Below are positions 1 through 12,599 of a stretch of DNA of 64,000 nucleotides, piece after piece; position 1 is the stretch's first letter, and each line of letters starts with the position of its first letter. The stretch is from Octopus vulgaris (lineage: Eukaryota), in assembly GCA_951406725.2 (NCBI GenBank), contig OX597827.1:19902001-19966000 (forward strand). Direction: 5' to 3'. Under the pieces are notes generated by a model. The model was not told where the DNA came from. It did not search any database and saw only the letters and a program-made list of their open reading frames with translations. Position numbers and translations under genes: made by a program.

Positions 1-420
1 TACAGTTATAGATGTATCCTGTAGATAGATGCTATAACCTTCGATGAGACATTCACAACCATTGGACAACTGACATCTGCAATATTGAAAGATTTTGTCT
101 GCTGTGTCATAGAACTATATCAGTTCTGTTGTGGAATGTTCCGCCAGCTTTCCTTATTGTTAAAAAATGGGGATACATTCTGGCTACGGCTTTCAGATCA
201 TTCAACCTTGCGGATAGTATCATCAACAATAACATGTTTTATGCGAAAGTAGATACCTTGGGGATATTTTTTTGCAATGAAACGGGTGATCTCGTTCACA
301 CTGCTATCACACAATCAATATTTTCTATCAAAATAATGAAAGTTTGGAAGTAAGTCTTATAACTTTTATTCATCACGTGTTTACTAACCGTATTTTCTTC
401 TTGAATAGCGAAAGCGTACT
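1..420 (-). mobile_element. Degenerate R4/Dong-clade non-LTR retrotransposon, C-terminal fragment
   Basis: Minus-strand frameshifted peptides YAFAIQEE, ENIDCVIA, HNRTDIVL and IADVSCPMVVNV resemble the post-RT, zinc-knuckle and restriction-like endonuclease motifs of R4/Dong. Confidence 0.6.
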
Positions 421-455
421 GTTGTATGTAGATGTGCGTAGAAGTATCTATGTAC

Positions 456-495
<40 letters not shown>

Positions 496-688
496 CGTAA
501 CTAGTGTATGCATATAACATAATATACGTATGTAATGTAATGCGTGTATGTACTGTTTACGTATGTAATGTATATATGTATGTACAAACATTTATAATTT
601 GCAAGAGTCGTGGACGTCAGTGGAGAAACACACCTCCAGTTTATTTTGAGATATTATGTATACGTGTAATATATATATATATATATAC

Positions 689-786
689 TGTTATACATGG
701 GGGTGATCAAATTTTGCCAATTAAACACATGCATTATAGTGCGTGTGTTTAATTGGTGAAAATACACCCCCCCCCCAAATATAACA
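689..786. repeat. ~100-bp imperfect palindrome next to (TA)n
   Basis: ccaattaaacacatgcat pairs with gtgcgtgtgtttaattgg; outer tgttata..ggggtg pairs with cacccc..tataaca. Confidence 0.75.
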
Positions 787-865
787 ATATCTTGTTTCAG
801 GACACGATTTCACATCAAGAATCTTGAAAAACAGAAACTTAAGCGTTTATATATGCATATATATG

Positions 866-896
<31 letters not shown>

Positions 897-910
897 ATAT
901 ATATGTATAT

Positions 911-983
<73 letters not shown>

Positions 984-986
984 CAC

Positions 987-1122
987 ACGACTTTTTCAGT
1001 TTCTGTCTACCAAATCCACTCGTAAGGATTTGGTCCGCCAACGCTATAGGAGACGACAAGGTGCCACGCAGTGGGACTGAACCTGAAATCCTGTAATTGG
1101 TAAGCAGACTTCTTACCATACA
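987..1122 (-). mobile_element. tRNA-derived SINE family B, 5' part
   Basis: Matches the fuller copies at 21960-22352 and 38269-38671 (ctaccaaatccactc...gtgccacgcagtgggactgaacc). Confidence 0.85.
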
Positions 1123-1359
1123 TGTAATCGACTAACCGCCTCCCCTCGAAAATGCTGGCCTTGTGACAAATTTGGGAAAAAAACTACAAAATATTTTGTT
1201 GAGGACATACATATCAATATGGCGGTGCCCCAGCATGGCCACAGCTCGTGAGCTGAAACTAGATAAAATAAAATAATAAAAAATATATACATACACACAG
1301 TGTAACTGTGTCAGAGACGAAGTCATAGAATTCCGAAGGGATTGTGTGTATGGCATATA

Positions 1360-1413
<54 letters not shown>

Positions 1414-1423
1414 GCCTCTTATC

Positions 1424-1837
1424 TATTTCTTTATTACCCACAAGGGGCTAAACACAGAGAGGACAAACAAGGACAGACAAACGGATCAAGTCGATTACGT
1501 CGACCCCAGTGCGTAACTGGTACTTATTTAATCGACGCCGAAAGGATGAAAGGCAAAGTCGACCTCAGCGGAATTTGAACTCAGAACGTAACAGCAGACG
1601 AAATACGTATTTCTTTACTACCCACAAGGGGATAAACACAGAGAGGACAAGCAAAGACAGACAAACAGATTAAGTCGATTATATCGACCCAAGTGCGTAA
1701 CTGGTACTTATTTAATCGACCCCAAAAGGATGAAAGGCAAAGTCGACCTCGGCGGAATTTGAACTCAGAACGTAACAGCAGACGAAATACGGCTACACAT
1801 TTCGCCTGGCGTGCTAACGTTTCTGCCAGCTTGCGCC
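1424..1837 (-). mobile_element. tRNA-derived SINE family A, tandem dimer (head + two body/A1-tail units)
   Basis: Two copies of gaaaggcaaagtcgacctc...gaatttgaactcagaacg and two cccacaaggg tails, joined at about 1605. Confidence 0.9.
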
Positions 1838-2109
1838 TTCTCAGCTGTCACTGCCATATCCCTGCTGAGCAATTCTCTCTCTCTCTCTCTCTTTGCCAGC
1901 CCACCCTACTTTAGTACTCAATGCCCTGCTGTCCTTCTTGACTCCAAAGCCAGATACACAGAACATACTCGATGTAACTACGAAGTCTCGCCTCATCTCT
2001 ACTGGAACCAACGTTCGCAACCATCCTCGTGTCTTTCACTGTTCCCAAAGTCTGTTTATTTCTCTATCTTCTAATCTGTATCTCTCGATCGGTGCGTCGG
2101 TCTGTTCAC

Positions 2110-2139
2110 AAACACACACACACACACACACACACACAT

Positions 2140-2183
<44 letters not shown>

Positions 2184-3031
2184 ACACACGCACACACACA
2201 CACATACACGTATACATACACGCATACATACACATATATACATACATACGTACATACATAAAAATAAATATCAGCCCATGCGTATGAATATGTGAGTGTG
2301 CATATGTATGAATATAAACGCATGTGCGTGTATGTATGTATTTGTATGTGTGCATATATGCATGCGTGCGTGCATCCGTGTGTGTGTGTGTGCGAATGTA
2401 TAATTTGATTAGACAACAGTGTTGAGTGAACAGAGAGAAAACAGAAGTCGAGAAGGGAAACAAAAGTGAGAAGGGTGGGGAGGGCGAAGGTGCGAACGTT
2501 GGAGGAGATGGAAAAATTAGAAATTAATTAGAAACTCATATTTAATTAACTTTTAGACAAATTAATTAAAATTGATAAATAAATGGATAAACACGAGCGA
2601 AGACAGAAAGCATGAAATAATCACACTCACACACACACACACACATACACACAAACACTCACACACACACACACACTCACGCTTACACTCACACACACAC
2701 ACACTCATGTACACGCTTACACTCACACACACACACACCCACTCTCACACACTCACACACACATATGCACACGCCCGCACTCAAACTCTGTTCCTACACA
2801 AACTTATACATACGTAAACACATGTATGTATACACACACACACACACACATATATATATACATACACACACATACATACGTAAATGCACACACACACACA
2901 CACATAGGTATGATATACACACAAGTGTATCTTAAAGATATTGATGCCTGAATGCCTACATTCAAGCTTTCGCGCGGACTTAAACGTGTGTGCGCGCGCG
3001 CGTGTATATGTATGTGTATGCATATGCATGC

Positions 3032-3087
<56 letters not shown>

Positions 3088-3370
3088 TATAGCTCTGTGT
3101 GTATGTGTGTGCGTATAAAGATATATGGATGAGTGTATAGGCATATATAAATTCCATATAGATAACATAACCCTTTTATGAAACATGACATATAAACTAT
3201 ATATAACGTGCATATACACACACATACACACATGTATATATATTTATATACATACATATATATATATGTATATATATATGTATATTTATATATGTATATA
3301 TATATGTATGTATGTATATATGTGTATGTATATATGTGTGTATATATATGTGTGTATATATATGTATATA

Positions 3371-3401
<31 letters not shown>

Positions 3402-3662
3402 GTATGTATATATATATGTGTATATATATATGTGTATATATATATATGTGTGTATATATATATATGTATGTATATATATATGTGTGTATATATATATATG
3501 TATGATATATATATGTGTATATATATATATATATGTATGTATATATATATATGTATGTATATATATATGTGTTATATATATATATGTGTATATATATATA
3601 TATGTATATATGTGTATATATATGTATATATATGTATGTATATATGTGTGTGTATATATGTG

Positions 3663-3695
<33 letters not shown>

Positions 3696-3820
3696 GTATA
3701 TATATATGTGTATATATATATGTATGTATATATATGTATATATATATGTGTATATATATATGTGTATATATATATGTGTGTATATATGTATATATATATA
3801 TGTATATATGTATGATATGT
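2110..3820. repeat. Compound (CA)n/(TA)n/(TATG)n microsatellite field with short unique spacers
   Basis: Directly visible; source of the spurious YI/HT/CV ORFs. Confidence 0.95.
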
Positions 3821-4540
3821 GTTTGCGTGTTTAATGCCATACACTTCGCCCAGCCGAAGTGTTCATTCCCTGAGAACACTCTACGACGAGGTAGACATTA
3901 GTTTAGGCTATGACAAAAGTCTCTGTGAAATGAATACACAAGATGAATATATAATGAAAATAGTACGTTAAAATTCTTAATGAAAATAGTACGTTAAAAT
4001 TCTGGTGCACCTGACTGTTTCGGCGCTTGCTCAGCTCTTCAGCTGATGATGCATGTGAACTAGATTTATGCAAAACCTTACTATAAACAACCGTGTGCTG
4101 TTTCAAATTGAATATAACGTAACAGAATTTACAATGGGAATAAAGCGAACACGGTTGTATAAACCAAAAAATTCTGTTTTACTGACGTAATGGCAATACC
4201 ACTAAAGTGTACTTGTAGGCAATATATTGCGTATGGAAAGTTAAAATAGAGTGGAGCGATTCCTGCGATAATTAGACATTAATCTTACAACGGAGTATCT
4301 TAATTCGTCTAATAGTAGCCTGTATTCATTTACAGAGCTTTACAACTAATTAGGAATTAATTAGTGATGTGATAAAAACCTGTAAATAAAGGAAACGAAT
4401 AGATCTCGAATACAGCAAAATAAAAGTTAATTTGCATATAATTACCTTTCAATAAACCACTAAGGCATCTAAATGTTTCGACGACCGCTCGCTTCTGCTG
4501 TTGGTGTACAATGATGCAGATTCCATGAGCAGTTCTCTCC

Positions 4541-4597
<57 letters not shown>

Positions 4598-4603
<6 letters not shown>

Positions 4604-4954
4604 GTAGCCACTTTTGTCCGTTCGAGCGGACTCTACTGCGATTTTCTAACTCCAAGAGGACATCTCTATCTGGTTAACGATGCAAGGTGGCGAACCCCTA
4701 CCATCTTCTACCGACGGGACCTCGTCTGTTCCAAAATCAGCGACTGTGTGTTCGTTTGAAATATATATTGCGTGGTAGACGAGGTGTCCAGAAATATCCC
4801 GAAACCAGGACTGGTCTACTGGTCCCGCCGCTAGGAGATGGTAGGGGTTCGCTCCTCTAATCGCAATTCGATCGGATTCAGCTGTGCATCGTTAACCAGC
4901 TAGGGGTTCAGAATGCGCTCGAACGGGCAGCCATGTTAAAGTGGCTATGAATAT
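4598..4954. mobile_element. Nested inverted-repeat (foldback) element
   Basis: Five nested complementary blocks, outermost atattcgtagccacttt / aaagtggctatgaatat; see findings. Confidence 0.7.
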
Positions 4955-4969
4955 GGTGCTGAATATGGT

Positions 4970-5080
4970 GTTTCCGTCAACCAAATCCACTCAAAAGGCT
5001 TTGGTCGGCCCAAGGTTGTAGCAAAAGACACTTTCTCAAGGCATCTCGCAGCGAGACTGAACCCGAAACCTGCACCTATG
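4970..5080 (-). mobile_element. SINE family B fragment
   Basis: tttccgtcaaccaaatccactc..ggctttggtcggccc motif. Confidence 0.8.
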
Positions 5081-5179
5081 GCCAATGAAAAGTTGGTAAA
5101 GAGCTACTATATGCTCTATGTCCTTGTAACTATCTAACGTTAAATATCACTGGCACCTCTACCAGATTAAACTTACATT

Positions 5180-6080
5180 GAGACTCTGCAATATGTTTTT
5201 CTGGCAACTTGAGGAATGTTAGTCTTGAAATATGCAGATGACATCAAGCTGTACCTCGAGATAAAAACAGCAGATCCTATGCACTATAGGTCTTTCCTGC
5301 AATCTGACCTGCACACAATGCAGCATTGGATCTTTGATTGGCAACTCAAGCTGATATGGGCAAGTGCGCCACCATGGACTTTGGGAGGAAAAACCTAGCC
5401 TTTACATACTCCCTCAGCAACACCAATCTCAAGAAATCTTCTAGTGAACATGATCTGGGTATTAATGTAAAGAGCGATCTGCGTTGGACAAGCCACATCT
5501 CTAAGATTGTCATGAAGGCTGAGGGTGTCCTAGCATCACTCAGTAAGACCTTTGTCAGCTGAAAAGCAGCTATCTGTTTAAAACTGTATATCACAATGGT
5601 AGGCCCACACTTAGAATTTGCATCACTTGTCTGGAACCCCTATCTTGCTCAGCATATAAATCTCCAGGAAACTGTTCAGAAACGTGCAACAAGACTAATA
5701 CCTGCCGTCAGACATCTACCATACTCTGAACGTCTTACTTCACTGGGCATCGATACATTGAAGCTCAGACGTCTGGCAACTGACTTGGTTGACACCCTCA
5801 CGATTATCCACCATCTTTCCAACAACCTTGGGCACCTTTTTGAATTCCATATGACAAACATTCGCGGACATGCTTACAAAATCAAAAAACAGCATCCATG
5901 GCTTTCGAAAACATTTTTTCACGCTCAGAATTGTTGAAGCATGGAATAACCTACCTGCATCAGTTGTTAGCTATCAAAACTTCCTTGCTTCCTGAAATCC
6001 GTCAACAGTACACCTGATGGCTTTTTATTATTTCTTTTTTTAGTTGTGGTGCACCTGAGCACTGTATTCAACAATTTCTT
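5180..6080 (+). mobile_element. 5'-truncated CR1-clade LINE (RT C-terminal half, frameshifted)
   Basis: KYADDIKLY catalytic motif, EHDLGINVKSDLRWTSHI, PHLEFASLVWNPY, VQKRATRLIP, YSERL, RGHAYKI. Confidence 0.92.
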
Positions 6081-6094
6081 TTCAAATATCAATA

Positions 6095-6510
6095 ATTACA
6101 AGGAAGGAAATAGCATGAAATTTACAACATTTGGGTTTGGTGCCAGTTCCCTTGTCCCCTGAAAAATGTATTGCATGTTTCCATCTCGTGAAATTGGTGA
6201 ACCATTCCACACATTGACAATTAATGGGATCACCAGATCAATCTCTACATTTCCATCATATTTGATAACCCTAAGATTCTGAAGGTTTTCTACAAGGTCC
6301 ACATCTCTTTGAATTGATTCTAAATAAGATCTATGAAGTATTCTATCGCTCTTCACGGATTAAGGAAGATCCATCTTTGGAACGGAGAGGAACAGTAATT
6401 GATTAGCAAGAACTAAATATTTGTTTAACAAGGATTGCGTTGTTTATTTTGGAGTGTTTTTCTGTGAAAGGCCAGTAGAATATCTGTGGATATCCTTCGC
6501 TACCACACGT
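6095..6510 (-). mobile_element. Highly degenerate RTE-clade LINE fragment (linker/RT N-terminus)
   Basis: Minus-strand TVPLRSKDGSSLIRE, RWKHA and CCKFHAISFL resemble RTE motifs PLxSxDG, WKxA and CxNYRGISLL. Confidence 0.5.
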
Positions 6511-6512
6511 CT

Positions 6513-6544
<32 letters not shown>

Positions 6545-6789
6545 TCCTTTCTCATGAAGATCCTGAAGATATGGTTAATGGTGGTGACAAACGGCAATAA
6601 TGCCATTTCTGGAAACAACAAAACCCAATCAACTTCAAAAATTAAGTCTGTTATTGTCAGAAGGTTAAAAACTGTCAACTGAGACAGTAATTGCCATCGC
6701 TCACTTGCAGTGAATCCATCGTAATTTGGCAAACAGAAACTAGTTTATCGCTCACTCTGCCTAAAAATGGCTATAATGCGAATAATGTC

Positions 6790-7201
6790 GGATCTTTTCG
6801 GTTTGAACGGCAGTTTTTTCTAGCGGTGTCATATGAAATTGTCACCCATAATTATGACCCTAGCATCGATCTATTGCATTTCAATCTGTTTTAGGGTTAG
6901 GGTGGGGGAAGGGTATCTGTTTTTCTTCACAGATGTAAATAAACCCAATCTGTTTCTTAAACGAGGGACATATTCATACGGCACAGAATGTTTTTTTAAC
7001 CTCAATGGGCGTCATTGATTGGTTGAAATTGCAGAAATTGAAGAAAAATAAACAACAAATATCTTACAAACTATAGAATTTTCTCAATAAAGCCAAGAGA
7101 AAAAGATGTTTTATAAACACATTCTACCAGTATACGAAGTTTAAAATTTTTTAGTTACCTAGAAATTATGTTAAAAACTGCCGTTCAAACCGAAAAGATC
7201 C
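6790..7201. mobile_element. Non-autonomous DNA transposon (MITE), Merlin-like
   Basis: ~29-bp TIRs GGATCTTTTCGGTTTGAACGGCAGTTTTT and a perfect 8-bp TSD ataatgtc (6782-6789, 7202-7209). GG termini plus 8-bp TSD fit Merlin. Near-identical copy at 60879-61289. Confidence 0.9.
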
Positions 7202-7294
7202 ATAATGTCTGCAAAGGTTATTGACTGTCTTACCGGGAAGAACACAGGCAAATCTTGAGGCCTGGTACACTGACTTAAACAGTGCTGCCGCTGC

Positions 7295-7327
<33 letters not shown>

Positions 7328-7329
7328 TG

Positions 7330-7515
7330 ATTTCAAATTTTGCCACAAGGACAGCAATTTGGGGGGAAGGGATGAGTCAATTACATCGACCTCAGTGTTC
7401 AACTGGTACTTATCGACCCCGAAAGGATGAAAGGTAAAATCGACCTCGGCGGAATTTGAACTCAGAACGTAAAGACGGACGAAATGCCGCCAAGCCTTTT
7501 GTCCGGCGTGTTATC
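7330..7515 (-). mobile_element. SINE family A (A2 tail) next to (TAA)n
   Basis: cgaccccgaaaggatgaaagg...cggaatttgaactcagaacg body. Confidence 0.85.
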
Positions 7516-7560
7516 CTACTAGTGCAACAACATCTACTCGTAACGCTGCTGCTGCTGCTG

Positions 7561-7598
<38 letters not shown>

Positions 7599-8364
7599 GC
7601 CAAGATTAGTAATAAAAACTGTTGCTGCTCTTACAATATTGAAGGTAAAGAAAAGATTAATGACAACGTGAGTAGCAACGACAACAACAATGCCAAGAAC
7701 AACATCGGAGAATATCAAAACAACAACAACAACAACATCAATAACATGGACGGCAATTCCAACAATAACAACAACAACCACTAACCATAGCAAAAACAAA
7801 CAGCAAAAAATGTAATAGCAATAATAGAAATACTAATTACAAGTCTTATAAAAAGCAGAAACAACACGAACAACAACAACAAGAAATCTACGAATTTTGA
7901 TTAACGACAGATACAATTATCTTTCATATATTTTTGTTTTATTTTTGTTTTATTATTTTTTAGTTTTTATTCTCTTTAATTCATTTTGTTTTGTTTTTTT
8001 AGTAGATCATAATATTTTTTTCATTCTTGTTACTGAGAAGAACTCTTTTGTCAATGGAGGCGGGATTAATATCATTATAATTGTCGACATTTCATGGTAC
8101 ACGACCCAGCTTTTAAACAAAAGCCAGGAGTATATATACACCTTCGAACTAATTTCCTGATGAGATGAAGAAAATGAAGGAGACCAAAATAAACATTTTA
8201 CGATAAAAGAGTTAATGAATTAAACGATTAGACAGAAACATATGCAGACAGTGATACAAACGTAACAGTTCTGGGGCGAAGAGAAAATCCCTCACGGCGG
8301 TGTTCAGCATAACAAATACGATACTGTCTTGCACAGGGAATAGAGTTTTATCAACTTTCTTTTA

Positions 8365-8582
8365 TTTTCCACTTGTTTCTGTCAATAGAGTGCGGCCATG
8401 CTGGGGCACCGCCTTGACGAATTTTAGGCGAACGAATCGACACTAGTACTCATTATTATTCTTTATTTTTTTTTTTTAAGCCTGGTACTTATTTTATCAG
8501 TCTCTTCTACCGAACCGCTAAGTAATGGAAATGTAAACACACCAACACCAGTTGACAAAAGGGGCAAACACAAAGGCTCACA

Positions 8583-8620
<38 letters not shown>

Positions 8621-9040
8621 TGTGTGTGTGTGTACGATGGGCTTCTTTCAGTTTCCGTCAACCAAATCCATTCGCAAGGCTTTAGCCAGCCCGAAGCTAT
8701 ACTAGGAGACTATATATAACCCAAGGCGGCGAGCTGGCAGAAACGTTAGCACGCCGGGCGAAATGCGTAGCGGTATTTCGTCCGCCGTTACGTTCTGAGT
8801 TCAAATTACGCCGAGGTCGACTTTGTCTTTCATCCTTTCGGGGTCGATAAATTAAGTACCAGTTAAGCACTGGGGTCGATGTAATCGTCTTAATCCGTTT
8901 GTCTGTCCTTGTTTGTCCCCTCTATGTTTAGCCCCTTGTGGGTAATAAAGAAACATATATATAACCCAAGATGCCACGCAGTGGGACTGAACCCAGAACC
9001 ATACGGTAGGGAAGCAAACACCTTACCACACACCTACACC
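8365..9040 (-). mobile_element. SINE family B interrupted by a family A SINE
   Basis: Family B body up to 8710 resumes after 8969 (cccaagatgccacgcagtgggactgaacc). Confidence 0.85.
8725..8955 (+). mobile_element. Full-length SINE family A (A1 tail)
   Basis: ggcggcgagctggcag head with A/B-box-like motifs (gagttcaaatt); 14-bp TSD tatatataacccaa (8711-8724, 8956-8969). Confidence 0.95.
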
Positions 9041-9584
9041 TGCGCGTGCACCGCCTTAAAGGGGTTTGTCGAACAAATCAACCCTCATATTTATTCTATC
9101 GGTCTCTTTTTGCCATACCGCTAAGATACGGGAACGTAAACAAACCAAAACCATAGCTGTACAAAGCATATTTGAAATGTGATTGATGAATTTGGATGTA
9201 GCGTGAGTGGTTGGAGGAGATGAGTTATTAGTTTTAGTCAGTAGACCTATGATCGTCCCATGGCCCTTAATTCCATTTCTAAAGGCGTGGCGATTGATGA
9301 GGGACCTCAACATGAGGTGGATCATCAGTATTGTTTGCAAAATTAAATCAGTATTTGAATGAGCAGGATGAGAGAAGGATTCGAACTCCGGTTAACTTGA
9401 TGCGACGTTAGACAAACGAATCTAAAGATTCGTAATTCAGTCATAGATCTCAGCGAGTCAATTAGGTTATGTTTTGTTGTTGTAATTACTGGTAACTGAA
9501 ATGTCTATAATTTCAATGATTTAGGGAGGGAGATAGAACGGGAGGTTTGTTCGGTAACAGATATATATTATTTGACAATATCTG

Positions 9585-9810
9585 GCTTCCGTGCCAGTGG
9601 GCACGTCAAAAGGGCACCATTCGAGCGTGATTGTTACCAAAATCGCCTTCTGGCACCTGTGCTGGTGGCATGTACAAAAGGATTCTAGCGAGGTCGTTGC
9701 CAGTACCTATTTCTTTACTACCCACAAGGGGCTAAACACAGAGAGGACAACAAGGACAGACAAACGGATTAAGTCGATTACATCGACCCTAGTGCGTAAC
9801 TGGTACTTGA
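9585..9810. mobile_element. Fragment of another SINE (gtgccagtgggcacgtcaaaagggcacc repeats) abutted by a minus-strand A1 SINE tail (9708-9810)
   Basis: Internal repeat ggtggca(c/t)gt..aaaag plus tatttctttactacccacaaggggctaaacac. Confidence 0.65.
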
Positions 9811-10060
9811 GTTGACATTCAAAGTACCAACTCTGTTCTGAGGACAACTATGTCGCCTCCTTCTCTTCATCCTACTCATCCTTTTCCTCATCCTCCTCAC
9901 CCTCCTCATCTTCCTCATCCCCATCTACATCCTCCTCATCCTACCTGCATTTGTCAATATTTATAATTCTGTATAACGGCAGATTCCAATGTCTTGTGTC
10001 TCCATCTTTCCCAAGTAATACATAATAATGGCGGGAAAACGGAGATAATGTCAGGGTTAG

Positions 10061-10122
<62 letters not shown>

Positions 10123-10429
10123 CGTGTGTGTCTATCTGTCGTCAAAAATGACAAAGTAACAGAGAAGCGTAAGTGATGGATAGAACGTAGAAAGAGATAG
10201 CGGGTAGATAAAGAGTATTAATGAGAGGGGGAGAGAAAGAGAGCAACTGAATGCTATGAAGAAGAAAGATTGAGAGAGTAAAAATGCGTTGAAAGAATAA
10301 TTATGAAAAGGGGAATCGAATGTTGAAAGATTCGAGAGAGAGAGAGGGGGGTGAGGGAGAGAAAGAGTCCCGTAGAAATTGAATTGAATAATGGGAGGTT
10401 GATTTCTAAGTGATTGAATAAGAGAAGAC

Positions 10430-10481
<52 letters not shown>

Positions 10482-11613
10482 TAGTGCGAGAGAGATTATT
10501 GAGAAGTATGAAAGAATAAGTACCTTAAGAGAGAGAGAAGAGAGTACAGTAGAGGAATGGGGGGGGATACGTACGGAGACCGAATAAGGAAAAGTGAATG
10601 GAATAAGGAAAGAAACGCAAGTTCAGATATAGTAGATGCGAGAAATAGATAGACAGATAGATAGAGAGAGAGACAGACAGAGAGAGACAAAGAGAAAGAG
10701 ATGAGAGGGTGATAATGAAGGGAGTTTGGAGAAGGAGAACGGGTTAACCCAGTGAGTGAGATAAGTTTAATGGAGTAAACAGTGTAAAAATAAGATGGAG
10801 GTCAAATGGGAAGAAAGTAAAGGAAGACAGTGTAAAAAGATAATGGCGAGAAAGAAAGAAGAAAAGGGTTAGAGAAGAAAGCGGTGAACTAGAAGACTGT
10901 GTTGTGTGTTGTGTGACGTCAGTTGCGAAAGTAGCAGACGATTGCCTACCTACCTATTTTCTCGGTGTATTGTGGTGCGACAGGCTCAGTACATTAGTGT
11001 GCTTAGCAATGTCACGGGATTGTGTCAAAGAAAACGAATAGAAAAATGAATGGAACTAAAAGAATTACAGAAAAGAAATAGAGAGACATATCGGAATGAT
11101 GGAATGGGGGGGGGTTATACAGTCGGTGTGGAGATGGGAGTTGAAGGTTAGACATATGAAAGAATATAAAAGAAAATGAAGGTGTGAAAGTTGCGCAAAC
11201 GTTACTGCGTAGATCTGTGTCTGTTTGATAGTCAATGAATGCTTAAAGAAAGGATTGTGAGATGAAGGATGGTGACTAAATAACGCAAACAAGTTCGTAA
11301 TTAATTTTCCTTGTTAGTTAAAGACAAAAATACCGAGTGGTAGTAGTTGTCAGCAGAAGGGAAGTAATTCATTTCTCAAGGTTATCTGGCATGCGCAAAG
11401 AAACTTTGTTGGTAAAGAACAACTATCGACATGTTTCGCCGTATGAAACCTCATCAATACAGTCTAAGTTTGACGGTCAACAGACATACATTTTTACAAA
11501 AGAGGTTACGAATAAATTTGGTCAGAATAAGCTGCTCAAATAAAATAAGATAAAGGACATAACTCAAACGGACCAACGGCATTTATGCATGTAAATGCAT
11601 TTATATATATATA

Positions 11614-11954
11614 CTAGCCCTATAGTGCTAGTGCATGCATATACAGCTGCGTGCGTGCGCACATACACGCGAGTACTGTCCAAATCTCCGACCGATCGCA
11701 TACAGCTAGCTGGCATTCAATTGGTGTATCAAGTTTCGGGCATTTTGATTGGGTTTTGGATAGAAAATTCACAAAAAAAATAACTTCTATTGATTTTTCA
11801 ATGGCTTTGCGGGGTGACTGGGGAAATGTAAAGATATGCACGACCAACCCTTGGACGGTTTTGAATGACCATAGAAAGTGCAAGCCCTCTAACTGAAAAA
11901 TTGTGGATTTGTATAAAGGACACACACGCAGACATTTTGCCATTTATATATATA
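11614..11954 (-). mobile_element. Non-autonomous Helitron-like element, family H1
   Basis: Near-identical to 62788-63100; CTAG 3' terminus at 11614-11617; TATATA-rich 5' end. Confidence 0.8.
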
Positions 11955-12352
11955 CTAGCAGTATCGCCCGGCGTTGCTCGGGTTGTAAGGGAAATAACTA
12001 TATAAGCATTTTTAGAGAGTTATAGCCAAAAAATAGCAAAAAAATGCATTAAAAATTGAAAAAAAATTAAGGTAAATTTTTTTTTAAATCGTTGACATAT
12101 CGTAGATATTTTTAGAGAGTTACTTCCCTTATATAAAAGCGAAAAAAATGCATTAAAATGGAAAAATATGATGGTAAATTTTTTTTTAAATCGTAGACTC
12201 ATCGTAGACGCACGCTAATACCCAGAAGGGCTCGATATGAATCACGACTATAAGATACCCGCTTTTGGTTAAACTGCACCGCAAAATGTGGGAGTAGTTA
12301 CGAATCTAAATCGTAGGAGACAGACACACAACTTCACTCTTATATATAAAGA
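11955..12352 (-). mobile_element. Non-autonomous Helitron, family H2
   Basis: Minus strand starts TC(TTTATATATA), ends with hairpin CCCGAGC-AAC-GCCGGG then CTAG, sits between A and T, and has an internal ~100-bp duplication. Confidence 0.88.
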
Positions 12353-12599
12353 TGCTTTTTTTTTCAGTCATAGAGTTAGATTTATGAAGGTCTTCAGTAG
12401 AAAATCCTTCGAATTCTGACTCGCTGCTTGATATAATGAAATTCGTATCCATTTTTTGTCAGAATTACAAATTTTGAAAACACAATAGGAACAAATTTCG
12501 GAAAAAAATCTCCCATAATTCACGGAATTAAAATTACACTTCGATTTTTGTACAAAACTGTATTTGAAGTGTTTACGAAGTATAATACGTGTTTTCACG

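Noticed and set aside
3185-3901. Long YI/CV/HT-rich ORFs here and at 25266-26461, 41587-42247, 47957-48901 and 55304-57048
   Set aside because: Translations of stop-free dinucleotide microsatellites; not proteins.
10914-10921. Perfect CRE (TGACGTCA) as a possible VMAT regulatory site
   Set aside because: A single 8-mer is expected by chance in 64 kb, and no TSS or first exon was identified nearby.
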